DNA of 64,000 bases from an uncultured delta proteobacterium (GCA_963696385.1 CAVOKF010000008.1:416001-480000); one strand, 5' to 3'; shown: positions 17,865 through 28,104, numbered from the stretch's first letter. Notes: generated from the sequence alone by a model not told the origin. Translations and numbers: made by a program.

Positions 17865-18970
17865 GGCTGGCAGTCCGCTCCGACTGCGTCAGACGTGTTG
17901 CAGGCGGAATTCGGCGGGCACATGGCGGAGCCCCCCTCTGCCGTTCCCGCGTCCGCCGTGGGGCAGACGGCGAAACACGATCCTTCGAGACCCGGATTCT
18001 GCGTGGTGAACGCGGCCTCTGTGCCGCCATCGACGCCGGGCAACTCACCGGGTTCGGTCGCGTCGCAGACGTAGCCGGCTGGGCAGGTGGCCGTCGTCGA
18101 TCCCGTGACGCAGAACTGGGTGCAGTAGCCCGCGGTGCCCTGTTCATTCAAGTTGCAATCGCACGGCGCATTGGCCCCCGCCGAGGTGCACGCCGCACCG
18201 GTCGCCAGAGTCGTGCTGACGGTCGTCACACAGATGCCTTCGTTCGTCTGGCAAGAATTGCCAGCCGGGCACTGGGAGTTTTCGGTGCAGCCGCCCCAGC
18301 AATATCCGATGCCGAGGGATGGGAGCGCCTCCGCGCCGGCGTCGGTGTCCACCGTTTCGGCGGGGAAAAAGACAAAGGGCGCACACGTGTCGTTCGTTTG
18401 GCAGGCCTGGGATGTCCCGCTGGAGCTCAGGGGAGCGCCCCCGCCCGCGGTAAACTGACACCACGGCAAACACGTGCCCGGCTGGCTCGAGTTCAGGGCG
18501 CCAACCGGACCGCCCGGGATGCACACGCCGGGCGACGACGCCGACGTCGGGTCGCCGTCGCAAAAATGAAGCGTATTGTCGTTGACGAAGGTGCACTTGC
18601 CGATGCAAACCGGCGTCGGGTAAACGACCACGGAAAAGAGCGAGAGCGAATTGGAGCACGTATTCAGCCCTGGACCGTTGGCCGGCTGGCAGTCGAGATC
18701 GGATTGGCAAACTTTTCCCGTCGTTCCGTCATAAACCATTTTGGAGGAGTTGCTCGACGAGCCGCCGGTGGATGACGAGCCGCTCGACGACGAGCTGCCA
18801 CTGGATGTGGACCCATCGGGATGGACTGTGTAGGCAAGTGCGTCGCTACCGCTATCGGCCGGCTCTTCCTTGCTGCTGCTGCTCCCGCAGCCTCCCGCCA
18901 CGAACGGCACGGGACCGGCGAGGATCGCGTAGGTGATGATCTGTCGTGTACTTTTCGATAATAGCGCCAT
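17861..18970 (-). CDS. Cys-rich lipoprotein
   Basis: Lipobox AGGC, Ser-rich linker, many Cys in CxxxxxC-type repeats typical of myxobacterial secreted proteins. Confidence 0.75.
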   Translation of the reverse strand: MALLSKSTRQIITYAILAGPVPFVAGGCGSSSSKEEPADSGSDALAYTVHPDGSTSSGSSSSSGSSSTGGSSSNSSKMVYDGTTGKVCQSDLDCQPANGPGLNTCSNSLSLFSVVVYPTPVCIGKCTFVNDNTLHFCDGDPTSASSPGVCIPGGPVGALNSSQPGTCLPWCQFTAGGGAPLSSSGTSQACQTNDTCAPFVFFPAETVDTDAGAEALPSLGIGYCWGGCTENSQCPAGNSCQTNEGICVTTVSTTLATGAACTSAGANAPCDCNLNEQGTAGYCTQFCVTGSTTATCPAGYVCDATEPGELPGVDGGTEAAFTTQNPGLEGSCFAVCPTADAGTAEGGSAMCPPNSACNTSDAVGADCQP

Positions 18971-19073
18971 GCGATGCCTCCGGCTGGCCCGACCTTCCGT
19001 CTCGTCCCGAACCGCTTTTAGCGGAACGGGCCCGCAGCTTATACGCAAATGATTGCGCCTAGGGTGCCCGATC

Positions 19074-20447
19074 TCACGCGATTCGGTCCCGACCCGGTCG
19101 ACGCCGGACGCGTTGCGGCAAACGGCGACGCAGGAAATAGCCGATCACGAAAGCCATGGCGCCGATCGACCCGCCCGCCGGGCGACGGGATGCGCCTGCC
19201 GCCACGCTGCACCCTTGACTCGACGAACTCGGAGCCGCCCCGCCGGCGGAACCCACTGCGGTGACGGTCGTGGAGGCTTGGGGGCTCGAAGCCAGTCCCG
19301 GGCCGGCGTCGGCGTCGAAGACACACGTTCCTTGATTGCACTGGTAGCCGACATCGCAGGGGTTATCGGCATTGCAGTTGACACACAAAAAGGTGGCTCC
19401 GTTGTCGTGCGAAATGCAATTGGCCGAGCAGCACTCGGTATCCGTACCGCAGGCCGAGCCGGACGAAAGGCAAGTCGGGGCGGCGGGCTGACCGCCCTCG
19501 GCCGGCACGCCGCCCTCGGCGCCGATGGCCACCGCCCAGGCCGGGGTGGGGTACCCTCCGATCTGCGCGGCTTGAGCGGCCGTGTCGGCGAGCAGGGAAC
19601 CCCACGCCCCGAATTGCGTGTAAATCGAATTCACACACACACTGCCGTCGGCATCCGTCGCGCCGCGCGATAAGACTCCGAAGCTCGTCCAGGTCCCGGC
19701 GTTGAAGCTTCTTTGCTCGAAGGCACCCGAGCCGGAGTCTCCTGAGCAGACTCCGTCGGTCGCTTCGAACTCGTTCGCGGAAATGAATTCGGACGCTCCG
19801 GGGGTCCCCAAACAGTTGGGCACCGTCACATCGTTCGGGACGCACACCAGGTCGATGTCTTCGCGAATCCGTCGAATCCCGGCCGTTTGGCCCGTCGTGT
19901 CCAGGGGAGAGTCGATCCCGTATCCGATGGCCGTGATCGTGGTCGAGTAGAGACTGTGGTCCGTCATGGGAGGGTCGATGACGGGGGTCACGTATTCGGG
20001 CACGCTGATCGGCTGCTGGAGAATCAGCAGGGCGAGGTCATTGCCACAAAACGACGTGGTGCCGGCACCCGAGGGCACGATGATCTGTTCGACCCCGATC
20101 GCTTCGGTCATGTTCAAGTTCGCGAGGTCCGCGACGTTCGTCACCTGCAGTTCGCTCGCCGGGACGGTGTCGCCGAAGGACGATTTGGTACAGTCGATGG
20201 GTTGAGAGATCACCTGCGCAACGCAGTGGCGTGCGGTGGCCACCAGATTGGGCGCCAATAGCGAGCCCGAGCACAGCCCAAAACCCTGCGAAACCTGCTC
20301 GGCCACGGCGACCACGAAGTTGTGTGTGGTATCGGGGGTCCCTCCTTGGATCGGGCTGCTCAGCGACGCCGTTCGTTCGGAGGGCCCTGCCGCGCTGCAA
20401 GCCACGACCGACGCGGCAAGGACAAGGGCAGCGCTTCGCATGGGCAT
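19074..20447 (-). CDS. Trypsin-like (S1) serine protease lipoprotein with MYXO-CTERM-like C-terminal anchor
   Basis: ATARHC, DLALL and GDSGS catalytic triad; C-terminus GCSVAAG...hydrophobic...LRRR. Confidence 0.85.
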   Translation of the reverse strand: MPMRSAALVLAASVVACSAAGPSERTASLSSPIQGGTPDTTHNFVVAVAEQVSQGFGLCSGSLLAPNLVATARHCVAQVISQPIDCTKSSFGDTVPASELQVTNVADLANLNMTEAIGVEQIIVPSGAGTTSFCGNDLALLILQQPISVPEYVTPVIDPPMTDHSLYSTTITAIGYGIDSPLDTTGQTAGIRRIREDIDLVCVPNDVTVPNCLGTPGASEFISANEFEATDGVCSGDSGSGAFEQRSFNAGTWTSFGVLSRGATDADGSVCVNSIYTQFGAWGSLLADTAAQAAQIGGYPTPAWAVAIGAEGGVPAEGGQPAAPTCLSSGSACGTDTECCSANCISHDNGATFLCVNCNADNPCDVGYQCNQGTCVFDADAGPGLASSPQASTTVTAVGSAGGAAPSSSSQGCSVAAGASRRPAGGSIGAMAFVIGYFLRRRLPQRVRRRPGRDRIA

Positions 20448-20535
20448 TAGCGTACGCGAGTTTTTGCTGCGGGCGACCGGAAACTCGTATTCCGAGACGG
20501 CAAACGCCCTTCCGAACGAGCGCATCCAGGCCGCG

Positions 20536-21684
20536 TCAATGCGCGGTGGCCGGCATGGCGGGGCACGCAATCATCGCATCGCCCCCGAGCGCCACGTCGT
20601 CGATCCACATGTCGACGACGGCGGTCGTCGCTTGATAATTGGCCCAGCCGAGGCGAACCGCGCCGAACGTCGGGGCCGTCCATACGGTACTGGCGGGCCC
20701 TTCGGTGCATCCCCCGCCGGTGTTGACCACCTTCGCCTGTAATTGTCCGCCAATATAGAATTCGATCGTGTTCGCCGAGCCGTCGAAAACCCATTGCCAA
20801 CACGTCCACATGTCATGGGGCATGGGATTGCTCGGATGATCGTAGCAATCATTGGGCTGGTAATTGAGCAGGATGGTGCCCATGCCCCCAATCCTGTACT
20901 GAGGCGTCATGGTGGTCCCGGGGTCCCCCTGAATGTTGTCGTAGTGGACGCCGGCCGCCGGCAAGTTGGTCATGTAGACCATCATGCGGCCCCAGAGCTG
21001 ATCCTGGGCGACGGGAAAGAGCGGGGCGCCCGTGCGCGCCATTTGCGCGGTGTTGTTGGCGCCCGCATTGATATTGAACTTGACGGCTTGTTTGCCGCTG
21101 TAGACGTGGGTCGAGTCGATCATCAGCGTGGCGTTGGCCATGGTGAGGACCCACGGAGCCAGGTTCGTGGGCGACGTGTAACTCTCGAAGTCATCGCACA
21201 CGACCGCGTCTCCGCACGCCGATTGCAAAGAACCGTCGGAGCTCGCCGCGACCTCGGCATCCGACGGATTGCCGGCGGTCCCGGAGCCGTCGCTCCCCGC
21301 GTCGTTTGCCGACGCGCTGCCGCCGTCGCCCGGCCCGGTCGCCGTCCCTCCACTTCCGCTGTCAGCCGGTCCGCCCGTGCTGCTGGATGAGGCGGACGAC
21401 GGGTTGGCGCCCGAGTCTTGACCGTACCCCGACGCCCCCGGTCCGCTGAGCCCCGAGCCGGAGCCGCTGCTCGTCGCCCCCGATTGCCCGCTCAACCCCG
21501 ACCCGGGGGTCCCCGTCGACGTAGCCCCGGAATCCGTGGCTGCGGTGCCCGACGTCGATGAGACAGCTGAGCTGCAAGCGGAGAGGGACGCTACCCCCAC
21601 CCAGGCTAGCCGCGACCAACCTACATGAGCCCATGCGTGCCCGAGCGTCGAAAGCACAGTGTAGTTGGGCGGGAAAATTCTCAC
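20536..21684 (-). CDS. Lipoprotein with C-terminal beta-sandwich (Cip1/polysaccharide-lyase-like) domain
   Basis: GTG preceded by AAGGAG; lipobox LSAC; S/G/T linker; CDDFE...WGRMMVY...WTCWQW...RLGW..YQ...MWIDDV. Confidence 0.65.
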   Translation of the reverse strand: MRIFPPNYTVLSTLGHAWAHVGWSRLAWVGVASLSACSSAVSSTSGTAATDSGATSTGTPGSGLSGQSGATSSGSGSGLSGPGASGYGQDSGANPSSASSSSTGGPADSGSGGTATGPGDGGSASANDAGSDGSGTAGNPSDAEVAASSDGSLQSACGDAVVCDDFESYTSPTNLAPWVLTMANATLMIDSTHVYSGKQAVKFNINAGANNTAQMARTGAPLFPVAQDQLWGRMMVYMTNLPAAGVHYDNIQGDPGTTMTPQYRIGGMGTILLNYQPNDCYDHPSNPMPHDMWTCWQWVFDGSANTIEFYIGGQLQAKVVNTGGGCTEGPASTVWTAPTFGAVRLGWANYQATTAVVDMWIDDVALGGDAMIACPAMPATAH

Positions 21685-21905
21685 CGGCGTCTCCTTGGGG
21701 TGCAACACGCCCTGCGCAATGCGCGCGTTGAGATCGTTAAGAGAGGTGGCCGATGCCAAACGGCTCACCGAACGCCCAGGCGAATGCCACCGTCGCCGAC
21801 ATCGGTGATGCGAGTGACCCAACGTCCGCCCTCCGCGCCGCCCGCCGACGGCGACCGGCCTCCGAGCGCCGAACGCGCCCGGTCCGGTAGGCCGGAGCCT
21901 TTGGG

Positions 21906-22946
21906 CTATTTGTCGACGAAATAAATGTCGTCGACCCAGAGGTCGAACGCGACTCCCTGATCCACTTGAAATTGGCATCCCATGAGGTTCGAGGGATCGA
22001 AGGGCAAGCCGTCCGACAATGCGTACGACGGGCGTTCGAGATCCGCATAAGTGACGGTGAAGGTCTGCCATGCGTTCGTCAACGTGAGATTCATGCCGTA
22101 GTAGGCATTGCACGTGCCGCCGTCGCAGACGCCACCGCCCGAAACCAGAGTCGTATTCTTGTCCGGCACATTGAAACGCACGATCGTGGTCGCGGCGTCG
22201 CCCAGGGCACGGGCCGAGAATGTGAAACCTTGGTACGCCGACGCATCGTAGGGGTGTGGCGTCGTACCCAAGACGCTCAAGCTGAAGCCCATACCGGCGC
22301 CGTAAACGGTGAATCCGCTATTGCCGGTGATGTGGGCCGCATGGGCGCTCGTGCCGGGGATCAGGGAAATGATCATCGCCGAAACGCTCCCGGCGGCAGG
22401 GACCAAGACGCCCCCCGCCGTGCCGTCGTCGAAATCGAACCAGCCGCCCGTGAGGCCCGGCCCATCCAGATAGCCGTAGGCGGGGACTCCCACCGCTTGC
22501 ATGTCGTCGATGAGCACCAACCCGGCACCGGTCGCATCTTGCGGCCCATCCGCCGGCGCGTCGAGCCCGGCCCCATCGGCGAACCCGCCTGCATCCGCCG
22601 GCGCGTCGGTCGCGTACGCGTCGCTCGCGTACGCGTCACTCGCGTCTGCGTCGGGCGTCGCGTCGCTGGCCGCCCCGTCGGTCGAGGCGTCGGTTGCATC
22701 GCCGGGCGACGGCGAATCGCCCACGTCCGCCGCGACCGGAGCGTCGCTCGCGTCGATCGATGGGACCGAACTGCTGCCGGATGCCTCCGTCGTGGCATCC
22801 GCATCGGGATTGCCGGCGTCGCCGGATCCCGCGTCGTCTGCTGGCCCGGAGATCTGCAGGTCTTCGATGCCGGCCACGATCTCACAGCCCCCGAGTACGG
22901 TGACCACCGCCAGTGCGAACAATGCCCTTTTCGTCTTCACGGACAC
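21906..22946 (-). CDS. Lipoprotein with galactose-binding-like carbohydrate-binding domain
   Basis: Lipobox LGGC, DA-rich linker, LIDD..., YDASAYQGFTF, WQTFTV.Y, FDLWVDDIYF. Confidence 0.7.
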   Translation of the reverse strand: MSVKTKRALFALAVVTVLGGCEIVAGIEDLQISGPADDAGSGDAGNPDADATTEASGSSSVPSIDASDAPVAADVGDSPSPGDATDASTDGAASDATPDADASDAYASDAYATDAPADAGGFADGAGLDAPADGPQDATGAGLVLIDDMQAVGVPAYGYLDGPGLTGGWFDFDDGTAGGVLVPAAGSVSAMIISLIPGTSAHAAHITGNSGFTVYGAGMGFSLSVLGTTPHPYDASAYQGFTFSARALGDAATTIVRFNVPDKNTTLVSGGGVCDGGTCNAYYGMNLTLTNAWQTFTVTYADLERPSYALSDGLPFDPSNLMGCQFQVDQGVAFDLWVDDIYFVDK

Positions 22947-23224
22947 GGACTTTCGCCTACGTTTTGCACGTGAAGGAAACGTACCATCGACGCGGCGACC
23001 CACCAGCACCGTCTTCGGCTCACCGAGCACCCTGTCGACGCGAGCGCTCGCTTACAGTGTGAGCGGGAATCAGCGATGCATCCCCACGAGATCCGCATCC
23101 ACGAGCGCTGCTCGGGGTCGAACCGTCGAACGCGACTTGGACGGCTCGCGGCGCACCCCCGTCGCGACCTCCGACGGCCGGGGCGCCCGTGCCCGGCATC
23201 GAGCGCGGCGAGCGGCACGGGGTC

Positions 23225-24376
23225 ATGACGACTCTTCGCTGGTGTCTTCCGGCGTTGGTACCGGTCGGGCTTTTCGCGTGGCTGCTCTGGCGCACGGACC
23301 CGCGTCGCGAGCCGCACCTGCTCGTCGGGATCACGTTCGTGCTCGGCATGCTGGGCGCCGCGGGCGCGTTGCTCGTCACGTCCCGCGCGGAGCGCTGGAC
23401 CGGCCTCGACGTGCGCGTCTCCGACGTCGGTCCAGGCGGCGCGTTGATGTTTCTCTTCTTCGTGGCTGCGCCCGTCCAAGAGGCCGCCAAGGTCGCGGCA
23501 GCGTGGCCGGCTTTCGTGTCCAAACACATCGACGAGCCCTACGACGGAGTCGTCCACGCGGCGGCCGCGTCGCTCGGGTTCGCCGCCGTCGAGACCGCGG
23601 TCGTGCTCCACGCCAACCCCGTCGGAGCGATCTGGTTCGCCCGCGCGGCGCTCGCGCTCCCCGCGCACGTCTTCTTCGCTTGCCTTTGGGGCTACGCGCT
23701 CGGACGGGCCAAGCACGCGCGCCGCGGACTGCCCATCTTCCCGGCAGCGTTCATCGGCGCCATCGCCGCGCATGGCCTGTACGCGCATTTCGTGTACGGA
23801 CGCGGTGGGGCCGCGTTGCTCGCCGTCACCCCGCTGCTCGCGGCCATGGGCTTCGTCGCCTCGTGGCTCGGGCGCGATCTGCGCGCGCGCGACGATCGGC
23901 CGTCGCGCATCCCTTCCCTGCCCAGCCGTCGCCTCCGTCGATCGCCGCCCTCTCTGTCGGCCGTGCGCGAGGCGCTGAGGGCGCACGACCAGCCCGTGCG
24001 CCTGGGCTGGATCGTCTTCGGAGCCTTCGTCACCCTCGGGGCGATGATCGCGGGAATCGGGGCGGGCGTCATGGCCGCCCGTTGGTTTCACCTGGACTTG
24101 GCCGCGGTCGACGAGCAGGACGTCGTGACCGCGTCGCCGGTGTTGCTGTTGGGCGTCGGGCCGCTCCTCTCGTTCCCGGCGAGCGGCTGGCTCATCGTGC
24201 GCGCCGCCGGCATGACCACTCTGCTCGAGCCGGCGCTTGCCACGGTCCTCGCGCTTTTGGTCACTCTGATCGCGCTCGGAATGGCGGCGCCCTCCACAGT
24301 GGTCTTTGCTCTCGCGCTGTCGCCCATCGCCTGGGTCCTGTCGTTCGTCGGGGCGTGGATCGGCCGCGAGGTCTGA
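23225..24376 (+). CDS. PrsW-family intramembrane protease-like protein
   Basis: TDPRREP, QEAAK, DEPYDG..HA...LGFAAVET, PAHVFFA..WGY.LG, AHGLY; extra C-terminal TM region. Confidence 0.8.
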   Translation: MTTLRWCLPALVPVGLFAWLLWRTDPRREPHLLVGITFVLGMLGAAGALLVTSRAERWTGLDVRVSDVGPGGALMFLFFVAAPVQEAAKVAAAWPAFVSKHIDEPYDGVVHAAAASLGFAAVETAVVLHANPVGAIWFARAALALPAHVFFACLWGYALGRAKHARRGLPIFPAAFIGAIAAHGLYAHFVYGRGGAALLAVTPLLAAMGFVASWLGRDLRARDDRPSRIPSLPSRRLRRSPPSLSAVREALRAHDQPVRLGWIVFGAFVTLGAMIAGIGAGVMAARWFHLDLAAVDEQDVVTASPVLLLGVGPLLSFPASGWLIVRAAGMTTLLEPALATVLALLVTLIALGMAAPSTVVFALALSPIAWVLSFVGAWIGREV

Positions 24377-24443
24377 CCGCGCCGCCGGGTCGCGCGAAAA
24401 GCAGCGCCTGCGCGAGGGCCGTGCCAGAATCTCGCCGGACCAC

Positions 24444-26564
24444 GTGCACATCCTGAAGAGCGCTCTCTTCTGGCGCATCCTCCTGAGCTCCCTGTTGGTC
24501 GTCGCTGTGCTGGGCGTCGGCCTGTACCGGGCCAACGCAGCCCACGAGCAGCTCGAGCAACAGTTCGAGCGCCTCGTTCAACACGACCTCAAGCTGGCCG
24601 ACGATGCCGAGCAACTGCTCCGATTGATGGTCGACCTCGAGACGGGCAAGCGAGGATACTTGCTGACCGACGACCGGTCATTTCTCGCACCGTACGAGCA
24701 GGCCCACAACGATCTCGAAGGCTTGCTGACCGAAGCTCAAGCGGTCGCCGAGAACGGCATGGAAGACGAGCGTGTCGCTGCGTTCGGACGCCTGGTGCAC
24801 GAGTGGATCGCGAACGTGAGCGAGCCCCAGATTCGCGACCGGGAGAAGGGCCGTGTGCCGGACCCCGCCGCCGCCGACGAAGGGAAATCACGCACCGACG
24901 AGATGCGCGCGATCCTGACGGACCTGCGCCGTCACGCGATCGACGAAGCCGACGCGCGCGAACACGCGGCGTTCGACTCCGCCAGCGCGTCCCAACGTGC
25001 CACGCGTACCGTGCTGCTCGTGGCGATCATCATCGCGCTCGGCAGCGGTGCCTGGATCGCGCGCGACATCGCCGGGACCACCGCGCAACTCGAGGACGCG
25101 CTTGCGGCGACCGGACGGCTCGAATCGGTGCAGCTTTTGCCCACGCGTCGCGACGAGCTCGGCGCCGTGGCCCGGAGCCTCTCCAAGATGAACGCCCTGC
25201 TGCTCGACAAGGACAGCCGGCTGCGCGCGGCCCTGGCCGATCGCGAACAGGCGCTCGCCGATCTGACGCGCGCCAACGAAGATCTGGCGATGCGCGACGC
25301 GCGCGCGCGCGCATTCGCCGACTTCGTTCGCGAACTGAAAGCGCTCGACGTCAGCGCGCTCGCGACCGGCGGCCTGCAGACGCTCGTACGACTCGCCGAC
25401 GCGCAGGTGGGGGCCGTGTACCTGCTCGACGACGCCGACCGGCTCGTGCCCGTCCAGGCGGCGGCTTCCGACGGGCGCGCCGTCGACCACCGGATCTTCG
25501 GCGCGGGCGGCTTGCCGAGGAGCGTGATGGATCGACGCGAGGCCGTCTTCTCGACAGCCGAGACTCTGGGCGATCCGCTGCCGACACTCGACTTGGGGGT
25601 CGGCAACGCTCCGCTCCGGTGGGCCCTCGCCTACCCGGTCGCGCTCGGAAGCGAGGGGGCGGGCGCCATCGTGCTCGCCGGAATCCGAACGCCGAGCGAG
25701 GATGCGGTGGATTCGGTCAGGGACGCGGCACGCCAGCTGTCCGCTGCCCTGCACAACGCGTGGACCCACAACCGTCTGCGCGACAAGAGCGTGGCGCTCG
25801 CCGAACAAGGGGAGCGGTTGGCGCGCGCGAACAAGGTCAAGACCGAGTTTCTCGCTTCGATGAGCCACGAGCTCCGCACGCCGCTGAGCGCGATCCTCGG
25901 CTTCGCGGATCTGCTGATCACGTCGCCCAAGGAGCAGCTGTCGGCGCGCGCGCGCGAGTCGCTCGAGCGCATTCAGCGCAACGGCGAGCATCTGCTGAGC
26001 CTCATCAACGACGTCCTCGATTTGGCGAAAGCCGAAGCGGGGCGCATCGACGTGCGGCTGGCGCCGGTCAACGTCGCGTTGCTGGCGCGCGCGTGCCTCG
26101 CGGAGGTGGACAGTCTGCGATCCGGCAAGGACATTCGACTCGTGGCCGACGTCGGCGATGGGCCGGTCGAGATGACGACCGATGCCCAACGGGTGCGGCA
26201 AATCCTTCTCAACCTGCTTGCCAACGCCATCAAGTTCACCGATCACGGCGAGGTGGCGATCGTCTTGCGGGCTACCGCGACGGAAGTACGGCTTTCGGTG
26301 CGGGATACGGGCATCGGCGTCCCGGCTCATGCCATGAACGAGCTCTTCCAGGAGTTCCACCAGCTGGAAGCCGGCGACGGGCGGCGGTACCACGGCACAG
26401 GCGTGGGACTCGCGCTGTCGCGCAGACTGGCTCGTGCACTCGGGGGCGAGATCGAGGTGCGGTCCCGCGAAGGACAGGGATCGACGTTCACGCTCGTCCT
26501 GCCGGGTGTCGGCGCGCACGCCCTTGCCGAGAGCCCCGTGACGACGACGCAGGCGCTGTCGTGA
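24444..26564 (+). CDS. Sensor histidine kinase (CHASE3, HAMP-like, GAF, HisKA, HATPase_c)
   Basis: ETGKRGYLLT..FLAPY (CHASE3), RRDELG, FLASMSHELRTPL, NLLANAIKFT, GTGVGLAL. Confidence 0.9.
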   Translation: MHILKSALFWRILLSSLLVVAVLGVGLYRANAAHEQLEQQFERLVQHDLKLADDAEQLLRLMVDLETGKRGYLLTDDRSFLAPYEQAHNDLEGLLTEAQAVAENGMEDERVAAFGRLVHEWIANVSEPQIRDREKGRVPDPAAADEGKSRTDEMRAILTDLRRHAIDEADAREHAAFDSASASQRATRTVLLVAIIIALGSGAWIARDIAGTTAQLEDALAATGRLESVQLLPTRRDELGAVARSLSKMNALLLDKDSRLRAALADREQALADLTRANEDLAMRDARARAFADFVRELKALDVSALATGGLQTLVRLADAQVGAVYLLDDADRLVPVQAAASDGRAVDHRIFGAGGLPRSVMDRREAVFSTAETLGDPLPTLDLGVGNAPLRWALAYPVALGSEGAGAIVLAGIRTPSEDAVDSVRDAARQLSAALHNAWTHNRLRDKSVALAEQGERLARANKVKTEFLASMSHELRTPLSAILGFADLLITSPKEQLSARARESLERIQRNGEHLLSLINDVLDLAKAEAGRIDVRLAPVNVALLARACLAEVDSLRSGKDIRLVADVGDGPVEMTTDAQRVRQILLNLLANAIKFTDHGEVAIVLRATATEVRLSVRDTGIGVPAHAMNELFQEFHQLEAGDGRRYHGTGVGLALSRRLARALGGEIEVRSREGQGSTFTLVLPGVGAHALAESPVTTTQALS

Positions 26565-27661
26565 TCTCGCGAAGTCCCGTCGCGACGTTCGGTGACTCGT
26601 GCGGAGACCTGCTCATCGTCGACGATTTTGCCGATACCCTCGCGCTCTACGAGAGCCTGCTCACCGAAAACGGACACAGGGTGCGGACGGCCACCAGCGG
26701 CGCCGAGGCGCTGCACTGGGTCGAGGAGCAAGAGCCCGAGCTGGTCCTGCTCGACGTGTCGATGCCGGGGCTCGACGGCGTCGAGGTGCTCCGAAGGCTC
26801 CGCACGCGTCCCGGCGGCGGACCCGCCGTCATCATGTTGACGGCGGCGCGACGCGAGCCGCATGCCATCGAGTCGGGCCTCAAGGAAGGGGCGGACGCGT
26901 ACCTGACGAAGCCGATCGACTCCCGCGAGCTGCTCGCCCGCGTGCGCGCCGCCCTCGAGACGTTCCGCCTCAAGCGCATGCTCGAGGCCCAACGCCGCGA
27001 CCACGTGGCGATGCTGGTTCACGATCTGCGGCATCCCCTTTCGTCGATGGGCCTTCTGGCGGAACTGCTCGAGGCGGAGGACATGACCCCCGACGAGCGC
27101 CAATCCGCAGTCTCGCAAATGCGTGGACTCTGCTCCGAAATGGCTCGTCTCGTCGATGGAGTGCTCGCGGCGAGCCGGCTCGAGGCCGGCGTCTTCACGG
27201 TCGAGCCGCGTCCGATCCGGGTCGGCGCGGTCATCGAGCCGATGCTCGTCGTTTTCACACCCGTGGCGGCCCGTCGCCGCGTTGCGCTGGCGTTCGAGGG
27301 ATCCCTCGACCTGACGGTCCACGCCGACCCGCACAAGCTTCGGCAGGCGCTCGACAACCTCGTGGCCAACGCCCTGAAGTTCACGCCACGGGGCGGCCGG
27401 GTGGCCGTCCGCGTCGCGCACGACGATCGATTCACGATCTTCGAGATCACCGACAGCGGTCCGGGCGTGACCGCAAGCGAGCGAGAGACGATTTTCGATC
27501 GCTACAAGCAAGGCGCGCGCGGACGAGCGGCTGGCGGATTCGGGCTCGGCCTCGCCATCGCCCGAGGAATCGCCGAGGCCCACCATGGGTCCATTTCGGT
27601 CGCAGCGGGGGATCTCGGGGGCGCCGCGTTTCGGATCGCGCTGCCGTTGCGCGGTCCCTGA
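26561..27661 (+). CDS. Hybrid response regulator-histidine kinase
   Basis: REC (LIVDD, LLDVSMP, YLTKP) plus VHDLRHPL and HATPase boxes; GTG start overlaps the upstream TGA. Confidence 0.9.
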   Translation: MISRSPVATFGDSCGDLLIVDDFADTLALYESLLTENGHRVRTATSGAEALHWVEEQEPELVLLDVSMPGLDGVEVLRRLRTRPGGGPAVIMLTAARREPHAIESGLKEGADAYLTKPIDSRELLARVRAALETFRLKRMLEAQRRDHVAMLVHDLRHPLSSMGLLAELLEAEDMTPDERQSAVSQMRGLCSEMARLVDGVLAASRLEAGVFTVEPRPIRVGAVIEPMLVVFTPVAARRRVALAFEGSLDLTVHADPHKLRQALDNLVANALKFTPRGGRVAVRVAHDDRFTIFEITDSGPGVTASERETIFDRYKQGARGRAAGGFGLGLAIARGIAEAHHGSISVAAGDLGGAAFRIALPLRGP

Positions 27662-27711
27662 CCGCTCGGGGGTCGTGGCACGCGAGTCCCAAAGCGCTAG
27701 GGCGCGCTGCC

Positions 27712-27739
27712 TTGACAGGGCGGGTGCACCGAATACAGT
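27712..27739 (+). promoter_or_regulatory. Sigma70 promoter of rpsT
   Basis: TTGACA-16bp-TACAGT ending 28 nt before the start codon. Confidence 0.7.
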
Positions 27740-27767
27740 GCTCGCCTTTCCGAAGATCGAGGCACCC

Positions 27768-28037
27768 GTGGCCAATCATCCGTCCGCCGAAAAGCGCAAC
27801 CGCCAGAGAGTCAAACGAACGCTGCGCAATCGTGCGATCAAGAGTGCCGTTCGAACGCAAGTGAAGACCGTTCGCGCCGCGATTGCGGCCAAGGACGCCA
27901 AGGCGGCCGTCCTGGCCCTGGCGGAAGCGACGGTCGCGCTCGACAAGGCCGCGAGCAAGGGCGGTGTCGAACGGAAAATGGCCTCGCGAACGGTATCTCG
28001 CTTGGCCGCGCAAGTGCACAAGATCGCCACGGCGTAG
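27768..28037 (+). CDS. rpsT: 30S ribosomal protein S20
   Basis: MANHPSAEKRNRQ...RNRAIKSAVRT...LDKAASKG...ASRTVSRL. Confidence 0.97.
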   Translation: MANHPSAEKRNRQRVKRTLRNRAIKSAVRTQVKTVRAAIAAKDAKAAVLALAEATVALDKAASKGGVERKMASRTVSRLAAQVHKIATA

Positions 28038-28074
28038 GGCGTTCGAGAGCTTTGCGCATTCCGGCCACCGGTAT

Positions 28075-28104
28075 GGATCGCTCGGGTGAACGTACGAGCG
28101 ATCT
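28075..28104 (+). terminator. Stem-loop downstream of rpsT
   Basis: GGATCGCTCG-N10-CGAGCGATCT; no U-tract. Confidence 0.4.

Noticed and set aside
8089..27661. Long alternative-frame ORFs (e.g. 8089-10164, 11961-14834, 22501-24456, most of 24803-27661)
   Set aside because: Arg/Pro-rich shadow frames typical of high-GC DNA, overlapping well-supported genes.
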